From Candidatus Norongarragalina meridionalis (GTDB lineage: Archaea; Micrarchaeota; Micrarchaeia; Norongarragalinales; Norongarragalinaceae): a DNA stretch of 64,000 nt. Every line of letters starts with the position of its first letter. The first letter of the stretch is position 1. Positions 24,858-34,116 of the stretch are shown here, in pieces. The stretch is from the NCBI GenBank assembly GCA_902384935.1, contig CABMDO010000019.1:31087-95086 (forward strand). Reading direction: 5' to 3'. The position numbers and the translations under genes are program-made. The notes under the pieces are model-generated. The model searched no databases. It worked only from the letters and a program-made list of their open reading frames with translations, and had not been told where the DNA came from.

Positions 24858-25658
24858 TTGAAACTGCTTCATTCGCTTCCGCCGTACAACTTCGCTGGGC
24901 AGGAAAACGATTTCCGCAGCGCGAAGTTCGTCGTCGTTCCTGTACCGTACGATTCGACGTGCTCCTTCAACGCGGGAACGCGCGATGCGCCGCATATGAT
25001 GATAGCCGCGTCGCGGTTCATGGAGGAAAAGAAGTGCGGCGGCATTTTTACGACTGAAGAGCTGGAGCCGTGCCGCGCGGACGCTAAGGAGACGATGCGC
25101 CGCATAACGCAGGTTGTTGGCGACGTTCTTGACGCGAAGAAGGTGCCAGTCGTATTGGGAGGCGAACACACGGTAACGTACGGAGCGCTGAAGGCTTTCC
25201 ACGGCGACGACTTTTCCATTCTCGCGCTTGACGCTCATCTCGACTTCCGCGATGAGTTCGAAGGCAGCCCGCTTTCACATGCGTGCACGCTGCGCCGTGC
25301 CTCGGAAATTGCGCCAGTAACCGTCGTAGGATGCCGCTCGTGGGGCGCGGAGGAAGCGAAGGATGCAAAGAAGAAAGGCGTGCGCGTTTTCGGCTCCCGC
25401 TTCGACGCGAAGGAAGTCGCGAAGGGACTGAAGAAGAACGTTTACGTTTCAATTGATTTCGACGCTCTCGACGGTTTTCCGACGGGAATGCCCGAACCGA
25501 ACGGCGTGCGATATTCGGACGCTTTCGAGCTACTGCAAACCGTTTTAAAAACGCGGCGCTTAATCGGGTTGGACGGGACCGAGCTCCTGCCTGCCAGCGC
25601 CGGCGAGGCGTATCCGGCGGCGAAGCTCGTTTATGAAATCCTGTGCATGGTGGGGTGA
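24858..25658 (+). CDS. speB: Agmatinase/arginase-family ureohydrolase
   Basis: Mn-ligand motifs LGGEHTVT, LDAHLDFRD, SIDFDALD...PEPNG. TTG start. Confidence 0.75.
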   Translation: MKLLHSLPPYNFAGQENDFRSAKFVVVPVPYDSTCSFNAGTRDAPHMMIAASRFMEEKKCGGIFTTEELEPCRADAKETMRRITQVVGDVLDAKKVPVVLGGEHTVTYGALKAFHGDDFSILALDAHLDFRDEFEGSPLSHACTLRRASEIAPVTVVGCRSWGAEEAKDAKKKGVRVFGSRFDAKEVAKGLKKNVYVSIDFDALDGFPTGMPEPNGVRYSDAFELLQTVLKTRRLIGLDGTELLPASAGEAYPAAKLVYEILCMVG

Positions 25659-26626
25659 AGGGGTTGGACGCTCTCAAGAACTTGCGGATTTTTCACGGAA
25701 ACGCCACGCCTGATCTGGCTAAGGCGATCGCGAAGGAATTGCATACCCAGCCCGCCGAGGCGGTCACCAAGCGGTTCGCCGACGGCGAGGTTTGGGTTGA
25801 CATCGAAGAAAGCGTGCGCGGGAAGCACGCGTTCATCGTGCAATCGACGTGCGGACCAGTTAACGACAACCTCATGGAACTCCTCGTCATAACTGACGCG
25901 CTGAAGCGCGCCACTGTTTCGCGCATAACCGCGGTGATTCCCTATTACGGCTACGGAAGGCAGGACAAGAAGGCGCATCCGCGCGAACCCATAAGCGCGC
26001 GGCTCGTAGCGAACCTCATCGAGAAAGCGGGCGCGGACGACGTGCTTTCGGTCGACCTGCACAGCGGGCAGATTCAGGGCTTCTTCCAGATTCCGGTTGA
26101 CAACCTCACGGCGCGCCCGTTGATGGTGAATCACGCGCGCAAGACGTTCAGCAACATGAAGGACGTAATCGTGGTTTCGCCCGACGCCGGAGGGGCGAAA
26201 AGGGCGCAGGAGTTCGCGAATGCGCTCGGCACCCCGCTCGCCATAATACACAAGGCCCGCCCGATGCCGAACAAGTCGCAGGTGACGCACGTTGTCGGAT
26301 ACACGAATTCCAAAACCGCGCTCCTATGCGACGACATCGTCGACACCGCGGGTTCGCTCGCGAACGCCGCCGACGCGCTCGTGGCGCAGGGCGCGAAGGA
26401 GGTTTACGCCTACTGCACGCACGCTGTGCTTTCGGACGACGCAGTCAACCGCATCCAGAAATCCAAAATCAAGAAGCTCATCGTGACGGACTCGATACCG
26501 CTCAGCCCGCAGGCGCGCGCCTGCAGGAAAATCGAAGTCGTTTCTCTCGCGCCGCTGATCGCGCAGGCGATAGAGCGCAACCAGCGCAACATATCCGTCA
26601 GTGAGCTGTTCAGGAACGGGTACTGA
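25643..26626 (+). CDS. prs: Ribose-phosphate pyrophosphokinase (PRPP synthetase)
   Basis: LRIFHGNATPDLAKAIAKEL..FADGEVWVDIEESVRGKHAFIVQST, DLHSGQIQGFF, VVSPDAGGAKRA, CDDIVDTAGS. Exact start is uncertain (GTG 25643/25655). Confidence 0.9.
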   Translation: MHGGVKGLDALKNLRIFHGNATPDLAKAIAKELHTQPAEAVTKRFADGEVWVDIEESVRGKHAFIVQSTCGPVNDNLMELLVITDALKRATVSRITAVIPYYGYGRQDKKAHPREPISARLVANLIEKAGADDVLSVDLHSGQIQGFFQIPVDNLTARPLMVNHARKTFSNMKDVIVVSPDAGGAKRAQEFANALGTPLAIIHKARPMPNKSQVTHVVGYTNSKTALLCDDIVDTAGSLANAADALVAQGAKEVYAYCTHAVLSDDAVNRIQKSKIKKLIVTDSIPLSPQARACRKIEVVSLAPLIAQAIERNQRNISVSELFRNGY

Positions 26627-27510
26627 TGCTCGGATACGCCGCCGCGCTGTTGTCCGGATTCCTCGCGAAACTTACGGACAGCCAGGTTGACGAGCAGCTC
26701 TGGTTCGGCAGGAACGCCAGCTACGTTACGGCGATTCTTTACGGAGGACTGGGCGGATTTCTGACCACGCTTTCTCCGCAGTTCGCAACTGTTTTCTGGG
26801 CTATTCTCGTCGCGGTACTAGTCACGGGAAAAATAGACTCCAAGGAACACCAACTGGCGGTGGGCGCGTTCATAGTCGCAGCATTTTTGCTCGGCACGAA
26901 AACCCCGGACGCGGCCATACTCCTTTTCCTCGCGTCCGCAGCCGCGCTTGACGAGAAACTCAACGATTTGGCGGACTACGGCGAACTGAAAAGCGGAGTC
27001 GTGAAAAAAATCGCCCGCTACCGCATCCTGCTCGACGTCGCCGCGCTCGCGATTTCCGCCATAACCCGCGACGTTTCCTACATCGCCGCGGTGCTTTCGT
27101 TCGACATCGGCTATCAGGCGGGAACGTTCGCCTCCAAGAAAATCGCGAACCCCCATCCGCCCGTCCGCGGCACGCACCTGATGCTCGACTTGCGGGAAGG
27201 CGGCGCGCGCGGACTCGATTCGGAAAAAATCGTCGAAAAATTCCTGAAGGACGTGCCGAAGGCGCTGCGCATGCGCGCCATAACGAAACCGGTGCTGAAG
27301 CGCGTCGGGACGGGCAGGGATTACGGCATAAGCGGGTTCGTCATGATCGCCGAAAGCCACATTTCCGTGCATACTTATCCGAGAAAGCGCGCCGCATTCA
27401 TAGACGCGTTCTCGTGCAGGGAGTTCGACGTCGCGGTCGTGAAGGAAATGGCGGAGCGCACGTTCGGCGGAAAGGCGGAAGCCAAAAGCGAGAAGCGCTC
27501 TATTTCCTGA
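26626..27510 (+). CDS. Fusion protein: N-terminal multi-TM domain plus C-terminal pyruvoyl-dependent AdoMet-decarboxylase-like (SpeH-type) domain
   Basis: Residues 1-~175 form 4-5 hydrophobic helices. The C-terminus GTHLMLDL...YGISGFVMIAESHISVHTYPRKRAAFIDAFSCREFD contains the SpeH self-cleavage ES|H..HT.P signature. There is no stop between the two parts. Confidence 0.7.
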   Translation: MLGYAAALLSGFLAKLTDSQVDEQLWFGRNASYVTAILYGGLGGFLTTLSPQFATVFWAILVAVLVTGKIDSKEHQLAVGAFIVAAFLLGTKTPDAAILLFLASAAALDEKLNDLADYGELKSGVVKKIARYRILLDVAALAISAITRDVSYIAAVLSFDIGYQAGTFASKKIANPHPPVRGTHLMLDLREGGARGLDSEKIVEKFLKDVPKALRMRAITKPVLKRVGTGRDYGISGFVMIAESHISVHTYPRKRAAFIDAFSCREFDVAVVKEMAERTFGGKAEAKSEKRSIS

Positions 27511-28117
27511 AAACCGCGTGAATCTGCTCGCGGGGAAGCGTCTTTCCTTCGTAGGAAACGGTCCATCTTTCCGAAGAAAGGGAGACGCGCTTCCAGTCTT
27601 TGAAAAGCGACGTCACTTCCTTCTCGGAGAAATAATGGGTCGGAATTCCTTTCCTTACGAAACAGTCGCTCCGCTTGACGCCTTTTCCTTTCCGGAAATC
27701 GCCTTCGCCGAATACGCGCAGGAAAAGGAGCCCGTTTTTCTTGAGAACGCGGCGGATTTCGGAGACGGCCTTGGCGCGTTCCTCCTTTCTCAGATGTCCT
27801 ATCACGTGGAAACAGATGACGGCGTCGAAAAACGAATCCGCGAACAGGAGGCGCCTGACATCCTGCATGGAAACGAAGCAATGCTCCCCGCGTTTCCTGC
27901 ACATCTCATAGGACTGCCGCACCGCCTCGGGCGAAAAATCAACCGCGTAAAGATGCCATCCTTTTCCGAACAATGCGCTAAGGTTCTTGCCGTTCCCAAC
28001 GCCCAGCTCAAGAACGCGGCTGCCTTTTTTTATCGCGGGTTTTGGGGAGAAATTAGTTGTTCCGCGCCACGCAAGCGCGTTGCGCGCATAAGCGGCGTCC
28101 CATGATTCGCGGCTCAC
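27500..28117 (-). CDS. Class I SAM-dependent methyltransferase
   Basis: Motif I VLELGVGNGKN; post-I YAVDFS; FDAVICFHVIGHL. GTG 28117 was chosen just downstream of the upstream gene stop. The Arg/Thr-rich N-extension of the track ORF (to 28294) was rejected. Confidence 0.7.
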   Translation of the reverse strand: MSRESWDAAYARNALAWRGTTNFSPKPAIKKGSRVLELGVGNGKNLSALFGKGWHLYAVDFSPEAVRQSYEMCRKRGEHCFVSMQDVRRLLFADSFFDAVICFHVIGHLRKEERAKAVSEIRRVLKKNGLLFLRVFGEGDFRKGKGVKRSDCFVRKGIPTHYFSEKEVTSLFKDWKRVSLSSERWTVSYEGKTLPREQIHAVFRK

Positions 28118-28121
28118 GTTC

Positions 28122-29378
28122 TCAAACCTCGTAAGTCTTGTCCTGTTCCGGCGCGATGGCGTCGAATCCTTCCTCTTCGGTAAGTTGTTCCGCAAGCGCG
28201 TCGCACACCCCGGTGTCGCCGTGGATGCAGAATATCCTGTCGGGGTTGACGCGGCGCGCGTACTCGAGCAAATCATCGGCGCCCGCGTGCGCACTGAAAT
28301 CGAAGTGCTTCACTGGCAGCGAAATGTCTATTTTCTTGCCGTGGTCGCGTATCTTCTTCTGTTCCTCGAGCATTCTTCCGTTGGTTCCCGCAACCTGGTA
28401 GCCCGTCAGGAATACTACGCCTTTTCCGGTGGCGTTGAGCTCGCGCATGTACGACAGCGCGGGCCCGCCGTCGAGCATTCCCGCGGTTGTGACGATGACG
28501 CACGGTTTCTTCGAGATGCGCCTGCGGGTTTCGCGATCTTCTACCAGGTTGGCGCGCTCCATCGCGCCGAACAGCGCCTTGGAGTTCCTGCAGTAAGACG
28601 GGAAATCGCAGGCTATCTGGGAAACCGTCTTGCCCATCCCGTCAAGATAAATCGGCGCGCGCGTTTTCGCCGCAAGCACCTGCAGTATCTCCTGCGTGCG
28701 TCCAACGGCGAAGCATGGCACGAGAACGGTGAGGTTTTCGGCAATCGCATCATTCACCGCGTCGCAGAACTGCTTTTCGAGTTCCTCGCGGGGCGGATGT
28801 ATGCGCTGCGCGTACGTGCTTTCCGTGACGAGCACGTCCACGTCTTCGTCAGGAGGCTTTGCTCCAAGATGCATGCGCGTCGGCGACGTCTTGAAATCCC
28901 CGGTATAAAGAAGCGTCTTTTTTCCGCGAATTAGCGCCTGCGCGCTGCCGAGGATGTGCCCTGCATCCAGGAACCGAAGCGTAGTCCCGTCGAAGAACTG
29001 GTAATCCGATTCATAAGACAACGCAGTCAGGCGCTTGTTCATGCGCTTTACGTGCTGCGCGCCGTACGGAAGCGGCGTCTTGTTCTGCAGGGCGACTTTT
29101 TCGGAATCCGCGAGCAGCAGATTCATGACGGGAATCGTCGGAAAAGTCATGAACGCGGGCACGTCGTGGTGCTTGTACAGCGCGGGCAGCGCGCCGGAGT
29201 GGTCCATGTGGGCGTGCGTGACAATCGCGGCGTCAACCTTGTGCTGCTCGAGATTCGGCGCAAGATTCCCGTCGTGGATGCGTATTCCGACGTCGAGGAA
29301 CATCCGCGCCTCGTCGGACTGGAGCCAGAAGCAGCTCTTTCCCACCTCGTTGCACGCGCCGAGGAAGCAGAGTTTCAT
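28122..29378 (-). CDS. Metallo-beta-lactamase/beta-CASP ribonuclease (aCPSF2-like)
   Basis: AAIVTHAHMDHSGALP (HxHxDH); beta-CASP-like core; C-terminal IHGD; 418 aa. Confidence 0.8.
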   Translation of the reverse strand: MKLCFLGACNEVGKSCFWLQSDEARMFLDVGIRIHDGNLAPNLEQHKVDAAIVTHAHMDHSGALPALYKHHDVPAFMTFPTIPVMNLLLADSEKVALQNKTPLPYGAQHVKRMNKRLTALSYESDYQFFDGTTLRFLDAGHILGSAQALIRGKKTLLYTGDFKTSPTRMHLGAKPPDEDVDVLVTESTYAQRIHPPREELEKQFCDAVNDAIAENLTVLVPCFAVGRTQEILQVLAAKTRAPIYLDGMGKTVSQIACDFPSYCRNSKALFGAMERANLVEDRETRRRISKKPCVIVTTAGMLDGGPALSYMRELNATGKGVVFLTGYQVAGTNGRMLEEQKKIRDHGKKIDISLPVKHFDFSAHAGADDLLEYARRVNPDRIFCIHGDTGVCDALAEQLTEEEGFDAIAPEQDKTYEV

Positions 29379-29430
29379 TCACGAAGGGAAGGACGGGAAC
29401 GTTTTTTAATGATTGCCGAGTGCTTAACGC

Positions 29431-30078
29431 ATGCTCCCGGAATACGAACTCCTCAGCTACGAGGACTCGCGGCAGCTGGCGGCGAAATACGGCTTGCCGC
29501 TCGTCAAGGGAAGGCGCTTCAGGACGCTGGACGAAGCCAAGAAAATCATCCACGAGTTCAAGCCGCCGTTCGTGCTTAAAGTCATCGGCCCCGGCGTGAT
29601 GCACAAAACCGAGAAGCGGCTCATCGCGCTCAACCTGGAATCGCTCGACGAGATAAGCGTCGCCATGGACAAGCTGATGCGAAACGCGAAGGGCATGAAC
29701 GTGGACGGATTCCTGATGCAGGAACAAAAAGCGGGAGTGGAGCTCATAATCGGCGGGAAACGCGATACGGCGTTCGGAGCGGTGGTGCTTTTCGGCTCCG
29801 GCGGAATCATGGCGGAACTTTACGGCGACGTGGCGATGCGCGTCGCGCCGCTTTCGCGCAAGGACGCGCTGGACATGATATCCGAAACCAAGGCAAGGGC
29901 GTTCTTCACCGAGCGGGGCTTCAGGGGAAGGCGGGCAGACGAGGAGCACGTGATAAAACTGCTTATGGAAACGTCGCGGCTGATGCTGAACGAGCAGCGC
30001 GTGATGGAACTGGATTTCAACCCCGTAATCGCGGACAGCCGCGAAGCCGTGATAGTGGACGCGAGGATACTGGTATGA
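29431..30078 (+). CDS. ADP-forming acetyl-CoA synthetase, beta (ATP-grasp) subunit
   Basis: ATP-grasp_5-like: PFVLKVIGPGVMHKTEKRLIALNL...GFLMQEQKAGVELIIGGKRD..FG..VLFGSGGI..E...D; coupled (ATGA) to the alpha subunit. Confidence 0.75.
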   Translation: MLPEYELLSYEDSRQLAAKYGLPLVKGRRFRTLDEAKKIIHEFKPPFVLKVIGPGVMHKTEKRLIALNLESLDEISVAMDKLMRNAKGMNVDGFLMQEQKAGVELIIGGKRDTAFGAVVLFGSGGIMAELYGDVAMRVAPLSRKDALDMISETKARAFFTERGFRGRRADEEHVIKLLMETSRLMLNEQRVMELDFNPVIADSREAVIVDARILV

Positions 30079-31463
30079 AGCGAAGCCTGGACGCATTGCT
30101 GGAGCCGAAGAGCGTGGCGGTGATAGGCGCGTCGCGGGAGCCCAGAAGCGTAGGGTACGGCGTGCTGCAGGGCTTGCTGAAGGGCTGCGTGATGCCGTCG
30201 AAATACGCGAAGCGCTTCCCTGGAAAGGTTTACGCGGTTAACCCGAACGCGAAGACCATACAAGGCGTGAAATGCCACGCAAGCGTGAAGGACATCGCGG
30301 GCGATGTTGACCTGGCGGTGATATGCGTCCCCGCGAAAATCGTCCCGCCGGTGCTGCGGGAGTGTGCCGAAAAGAGGGTGAAGGCGGCGGTCGTGGTATC
30401 CGCTGGTTTCGCCGAAGTCGGGGACGCGGAACTGCAGGAGGAACTCGCGACAATCGCGAAAAAAGGCGGGATGCGGCTCCTCGGCCCGAACTGCCTCGGC
30501 GTGATACGCCCCTCGAAATCGCTTAACGCTTCTTTCGGATTGAGCATGCCCCGCGCTGGCGGGGCGGCGTTCATCACGCAGTCCGGCGCGCTCGCGGACA
30601 GCGTCATCGACTGGGCGCTCGAGGAGATGTACCCGTTCAGCGCAATAGTGAGCCTGGGAAACCAGGCGGACGTGGACGAGGCGGATCTCGTTGAATGGTT
30701 CGCAGGCGACGGGGAAACAAAAGCGATTGCGCTTTATCTCGAGGGCGTGAAGGATGGAAAGAAGCTGATGGCGGCGGTGCGCAAGGCGGTTGCCGCCGGA
30801 AAGACGGTGCTCGTGCTGAAGGGCGGCAGGCTCAGCGGAGGCGCGAAGGCGGTTTCATCGCACACCGGCGCGCTTGCCGGCTCGTACGCGGTTTTCGAAG
30901 CCGCGATGCGCCAGAGCGGAGCCGTCGTGACATACGGCCTGGCGGACTTGCTCGGGCTCGCGCAGGCGGCGAGCGAACAGCCCAAGGCGGGCAACTCGGT
31001 GGTGGTCGTGACGAACGGCGGCGGCGCGGGCGTTCTGTGCACCGACTACTGCGAGGAGTTCGGGGTGAATCTCGTAAAAATCAGGGAGGCGACGCTGCGC
31101 AAGCTGGACGCCACGAAGCTGATGCATCCCGCGTATTCGAGACGCAACCCGCTGGACCTGATAGGGGACGCGGGCGCGAAAAGATACGAGGCGGCGCTGG
31201 ACGTCCTTCTGGCGGACGACGCGATAAAAGCGGCAATCGTAATCCAAACGCTCCAAACGATGACGGAATCGGAAGGCGATGCGCGGGCGGTGCTGCGCAT
31301 TCGGAAAAAATATCCGAAGAAGCCCGTCATCTGCGTCTTCATGGGAGGGAAGTACAGCAAGGCGGCCATGCAACTGCTCGGCGAGAACGGCGTGCCCAAC
31401 TACGACGACCCGCGGAAGGCCGCCAAGGCGATGGCGCTGCTCGTCGGCGCGCAGCGTTTTTAA
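30075..31463 (+). CDS. ADP-forming acetyl-CoA synthetase, alpha (CoA-binding/ligase) subunit
   Basis: LLEPKSVAVIGASREPRSVGYGV, NPNAKTIQGVKCHASVKDI, RLLGPNCLGV, ITQSGAL, SSHTGALAG (phospho-His loop). Confidence 0.8.
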   Translation: MKRSLDALLEPKSVAVIGASREPRSVGYGVLQGLLKGCVMPSKYAKRFPGKVYAVNPNAKTIQGVKCHASVKDIAGDVDLAVICVPAKIVPPVLRECAEKRVKAAVVVSAGFAEVGDAELQEELATIAKKGGMRLLGPNCLGVIRPSKSLNASFGLSMPRAGGAAFITQSGALADSVIDWALEEMYPFSAIVSLGNQADVDEADLVEWFAGDGETKAIALYLEGVKDGKKLMAAVRKAVAAGKTVLVLKGGRLSGGAKAVSSHTGALAGSYAVFEAAMRQSGAVVTYGLADLLGLAQAASEQPKAGNSVVVVTNGGGAGVLCTDYCEEFGVNLVKIREATLRKLDATKLMHPAYSRRNPLDLIGDAGAKRYEAALDVLLADDAIKAAIVIQTLQTMTESEGDARAVLRIRKKYPKKPVICVFMGGKYSKAAMQLLGENGVPNYDDPRKAAKAMALLVGAQRF

Positions 31464-31485
31464 CCCTTGACTGCCTGAGTTATTC

Positions 31486-32508
31486 GTGGACATCTTATCG
31501 GTGCTGCAGCAGAAGTCCAAGGCCGTAGACGCGGCGCTGCCGCTGTTCCTGCCCAAGCGCGAGGGTTCGGGCTGGCTTCGCGATTATCGCGACATGCTGT
31601 GGGACTACAACCTGCGCGGCGGGAAGCGTTTGCGTCCTGCGCTGTGCATGCTCTCGTGCGAGGCGTGGTGGGGGAAGCAGGAGCAGGCTGTTCCCACCGC
31701 AGTGGCGCTCGAACTCCTGCAGAACTTCTTCCTGATTCACGACGACATAGAGGACGAAAGCGAGCAACGACGCGGAAAACCGTGCCTGCACAGGTTGTGG
31801 GGCGTACCGTATGCGATTAACGCGGGCGACGCCACTTTCGTGAAAGTGTGGGAGACGCTGATGGCGAACCGCGGCGTTTTGGGGGACGAGAAAGCGCTTG
31901 AAATTTACGAGGAGTTCGTCGCGCTCTGCAATAAAACTACCGAGGGACAGATGCGCGAGATGTACTGGGTGCGCGAAAAGAAATGGGACATCACGGAAAA
32001 GGACTACTTCGACATGGCGGGGGAGAAGGCGGGCTATTATACTGTTGTTGCGCCCCTTAGGCTGGGCGCCATATGCGCGGGACGCAGCGGGCTCAAAAGC
32101 AACTTCGACTCCTGGGGCATGAAATGGGGAATCGCGTTCCAGATTCAGGACGACTTGCTCAACGCGGTGGGCGGGAAGAAATACGGCAAGGAAATCGGCG
32201 GGGACATCTACGAGGGAAAGCGCACGCTCCTGCTGATACACCTGATGGAACATTGCAGCTACAAGGAAAAGAAGGAAATCCTGAAAATCATGAACAAACC
32301 GAGGCAGAAAAAAACAGCCGCCGAAGTGAAGAAGGTTCTTTCGTTGATGAAGAAATGCGGAAGCGTCGAGTATGCGAGGCGAACGGCGAAAGAGCTGGCT
32401 GAGGAAGCGAAAATCGGGTTCGAAAAAAGCTTTTCGGACGCGCGGCAGGGAGCGGCTAAGGAATCGCTGCGCGCGCTCATAGATTACGTCATAGAGAGGG
32501 ATGTCTGA
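31486..32508 (+). CDS. idsA: Polyprenyl (geranylgeranyl) diphosphate synthase
   Basis: First DDxxD region FFLIHDDIEDESEQRRGKP; second FQIQDDLLN; GTG start. Confidence 0.85.
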   Translation: MDILSVLQQKSKAVDAALPLFLPKREGSGWLRDYRDMLWDYNLRGGKRLRPALCMLSCEAWWGKQEQAVPTAVALELLQNFFLIHDDIEDESEQRRGKPCLHRLWGVPYAINAGDATFVKVWETLMANRGVLGDEKALEIYEEFVALCNKTTEGQMREMYWVREKKWDITEKDYFDMAGEKAGYYTVVAPLRLGAICAGRSGLKSNFDSWGMKWGIAFQIQDDLLNAVGGKKYGKEIGGDIYEGKRTLLLIHLMEHCSYKEKKEILKIMNKPRQKKTAAEVKKVLSLMKKCGSVEYARRTAKELAEEAKIGFEKSFSDARQGAAKESLRALIDYVIERDV

Positions 32509-33332
32509 TGAAGGTTATCCGCGCCAGCAAAGCAGGGTTCTGCTTCGGCGTAAAGCGCGCCGTGAAGCTTTCCGAAGAAGCGTCCAAGAAAAAGGGGTCC
32601 GTGCATACTCTCGGCCCCGTGGTGCACAACCCGCAGGCTATCGAACGCCTGGAGCAGATGGGCGTCAAGGAGATAAACGAAATCAAGGAGGCGCGGAAGG
32701 GCATAGTCATCATACGCGCCCACGGAATTCCGCCCGAGGACTACAAGGAATTGGAGAGCAAGGGCATCGAAATCGTGGACGCGACGTGCCCCTTCGTCAA
32801 GAAGGCGCAGGACTACGCGCGAATGCTGCACGACGAGGGCTACACGATCGTCATCATCGGCGAGAAGGAGCATCCCGAGGTGCGCGGAATCAAGGGGCAC
32901 GCGAAAGAAGCGACGGTTATAGAGACGCCCGAGGAAGCCGAGAGGCTGCAGATGTGCGGCAAGATGGGCGTAGTCGTGCAAACCACTCAGGAGCAGGCGG
33001 TTGTGGGCAAAATCATCCCGATTCTTTTCAACAAAACCAAGGAGCTGCGCGTGTTCAACACGATTTGCAGCGCAACTGGCGAACGCCAAGAGGCGGTGAA
33101 GGGGTTCGCGAAAAAGGTCGACGTCATCGTCGTGGTAGGCGGCAGGAACAGCGGAAACACGCGACGGCTTGCACAGATTGCCGAGCGAATCGCGCCCACG
33201 TACCACATCGAAACCGCCAGGGAACTCAAGAAGGAATGGTTCAAGGGCGCGAAAACCGTCGGCGTCGCAGCGGGCGCGAGCACGCCCGACTTCGTAATCG
33301 ACGAAGTGGTGAAGAAGCTTGAAAGTTACTGA
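32508..33332 (+). CDS. ispH: 4-hydroxy-3-methylbut-2-enyl diphosphate reductase (IspH/LytB)
   Basis: GFCFGVKRAV, VHNPQ, ATCPFVKK, NTICSATGERQ, VVVGGRNSGNTRRL. Confidence 0.9.
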   Translation: MKVIRASKAGFCFGVKRAVKLSEEASKKKGSVHTLGPVVHNPQAIERLEQMGVKEINEIKEARKGIVIIRAHGIPPEDYKELESKGIEIVDATCPFVKKAQDYARMLHDEGYTIVIIGEKEHPEVRGIKGHAKEATVIETPEEAERLQMCGKMGVVVQTTQEQAVVGKIIPILFNKTKELRVFNTICSATGERQEAVKGFAKKVDVIVVVGGRNSGNTRRLAQIAERIAPTYHIETARELKKEWFKGAKTVGVAAGASTPDFVIDEVVKKLESY

Positions 33333-34116
33333 GCGCGCCGACGCAAAGGTGAATCTCCTTCTCGACGCAGGCGGCGTCAAGAACGGCTTCCACTCCGTAG
33401 ACATGGTTTTCCAGGAAATTTCGCTCCACGACGACGTCGCCATCGAAAAGGCGAAGGATTTTTCGGTGAAATGCGCGGGAAACATCCGCGAGAACACCGC
33501 GGAAAAGGCGGCGCGCCTGTTTTTCGAGAAAACCGAGATGCTGTGCTGCGCGAAAATCTCGATAACCAAGAGGATTCCGGTTGCCGCGGGACTTGGCGGG
33601 GGAAGCTCGGACGCCGCCGCGGTGATACGCGGGCTCGACAGGCTATATGGAACCGAACTCACGAAGGACGAAATGAAGGACATAGGCCGCGCAGTAGGCT
33701 CGGACGTCTGCTTCTTCCTCGAAGGCGGCGCATGCCTCGCCCGGGAAAGGGAGTTCAACCTGACGAAGCTCAGGCCGAAGGCGCGTTTTTACGTCGCGCT
33801 GGAGACGCCGAACGTCGCGCTGCCTGAAAAGAAAACCGCGTGGATTTATTCCAAATACGACGGGCTTGCTAAGAAGCGGCACTACGACGCGGACAGGATG
33901 GCTTACGCGGTGGAGCACGGCGACGCGAAAGACGTCGCTGCGTTGCTTGGAAACTCGCTGGAGGACGTCGTCCTGAAGGCGTTCCCCGAATGCGCCGCCG
34001 CGAAGGAACGGATGATGAAAAAGGGCGCGCTCGGCAGCCTCGTGAGCGGCGCAGGACCCACGGTGTTCGGGATATTCGACAAAAAAATCTCGGGCGCTTA
34101 CGAGGTGGTTGCATGA
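33319..34116 (+). CDS. ispE: 4-diphosphocytidyl-2-C-methyl-D-erythritol kinase (IspE)
   Basis: AKVNLLLD, GHMP motif IPVAAGLGGGSSDAAAVIRGL, SGAGPTVFG. TTG start overlaps the ispH end. Confidence 0.85.
   Translation: MKVTERADAKVNLLLDAGGVKNGFHSVDMVFQEISLHDDVAIEKAKDFSVKCAGNIRENTAEKAARLFFEKTEMLCCAKISITKRIPVAAGLGGGSSDAAAVIRGLDRLYGTELTKDEMKDIGRAVGSDVCFFLEGGACLAREREFNLTKLRPKARFYVALETPNVALPEKKTAWIYSKYDGLAKKRHYDADRMAYAVEHGDAKDVAALLGNSLEDVVLKAFPECAAAKERMMKKGALGSLVSGAGPTVFGIFDKKISGAYEVVA

Noticed and set aside
32484-33758. 424-aa minus-strand ORF, and similar long antisense ORFs (61658..62881, 29233..30096, 43928..44893, 20767..21291)
   Set aside because: All lie opposite genes with unambiguous enzyme motifs (ispH/ispE, folD, ACS beta, priS, helicase). 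No motifs were found and the amino-acid content is biased.
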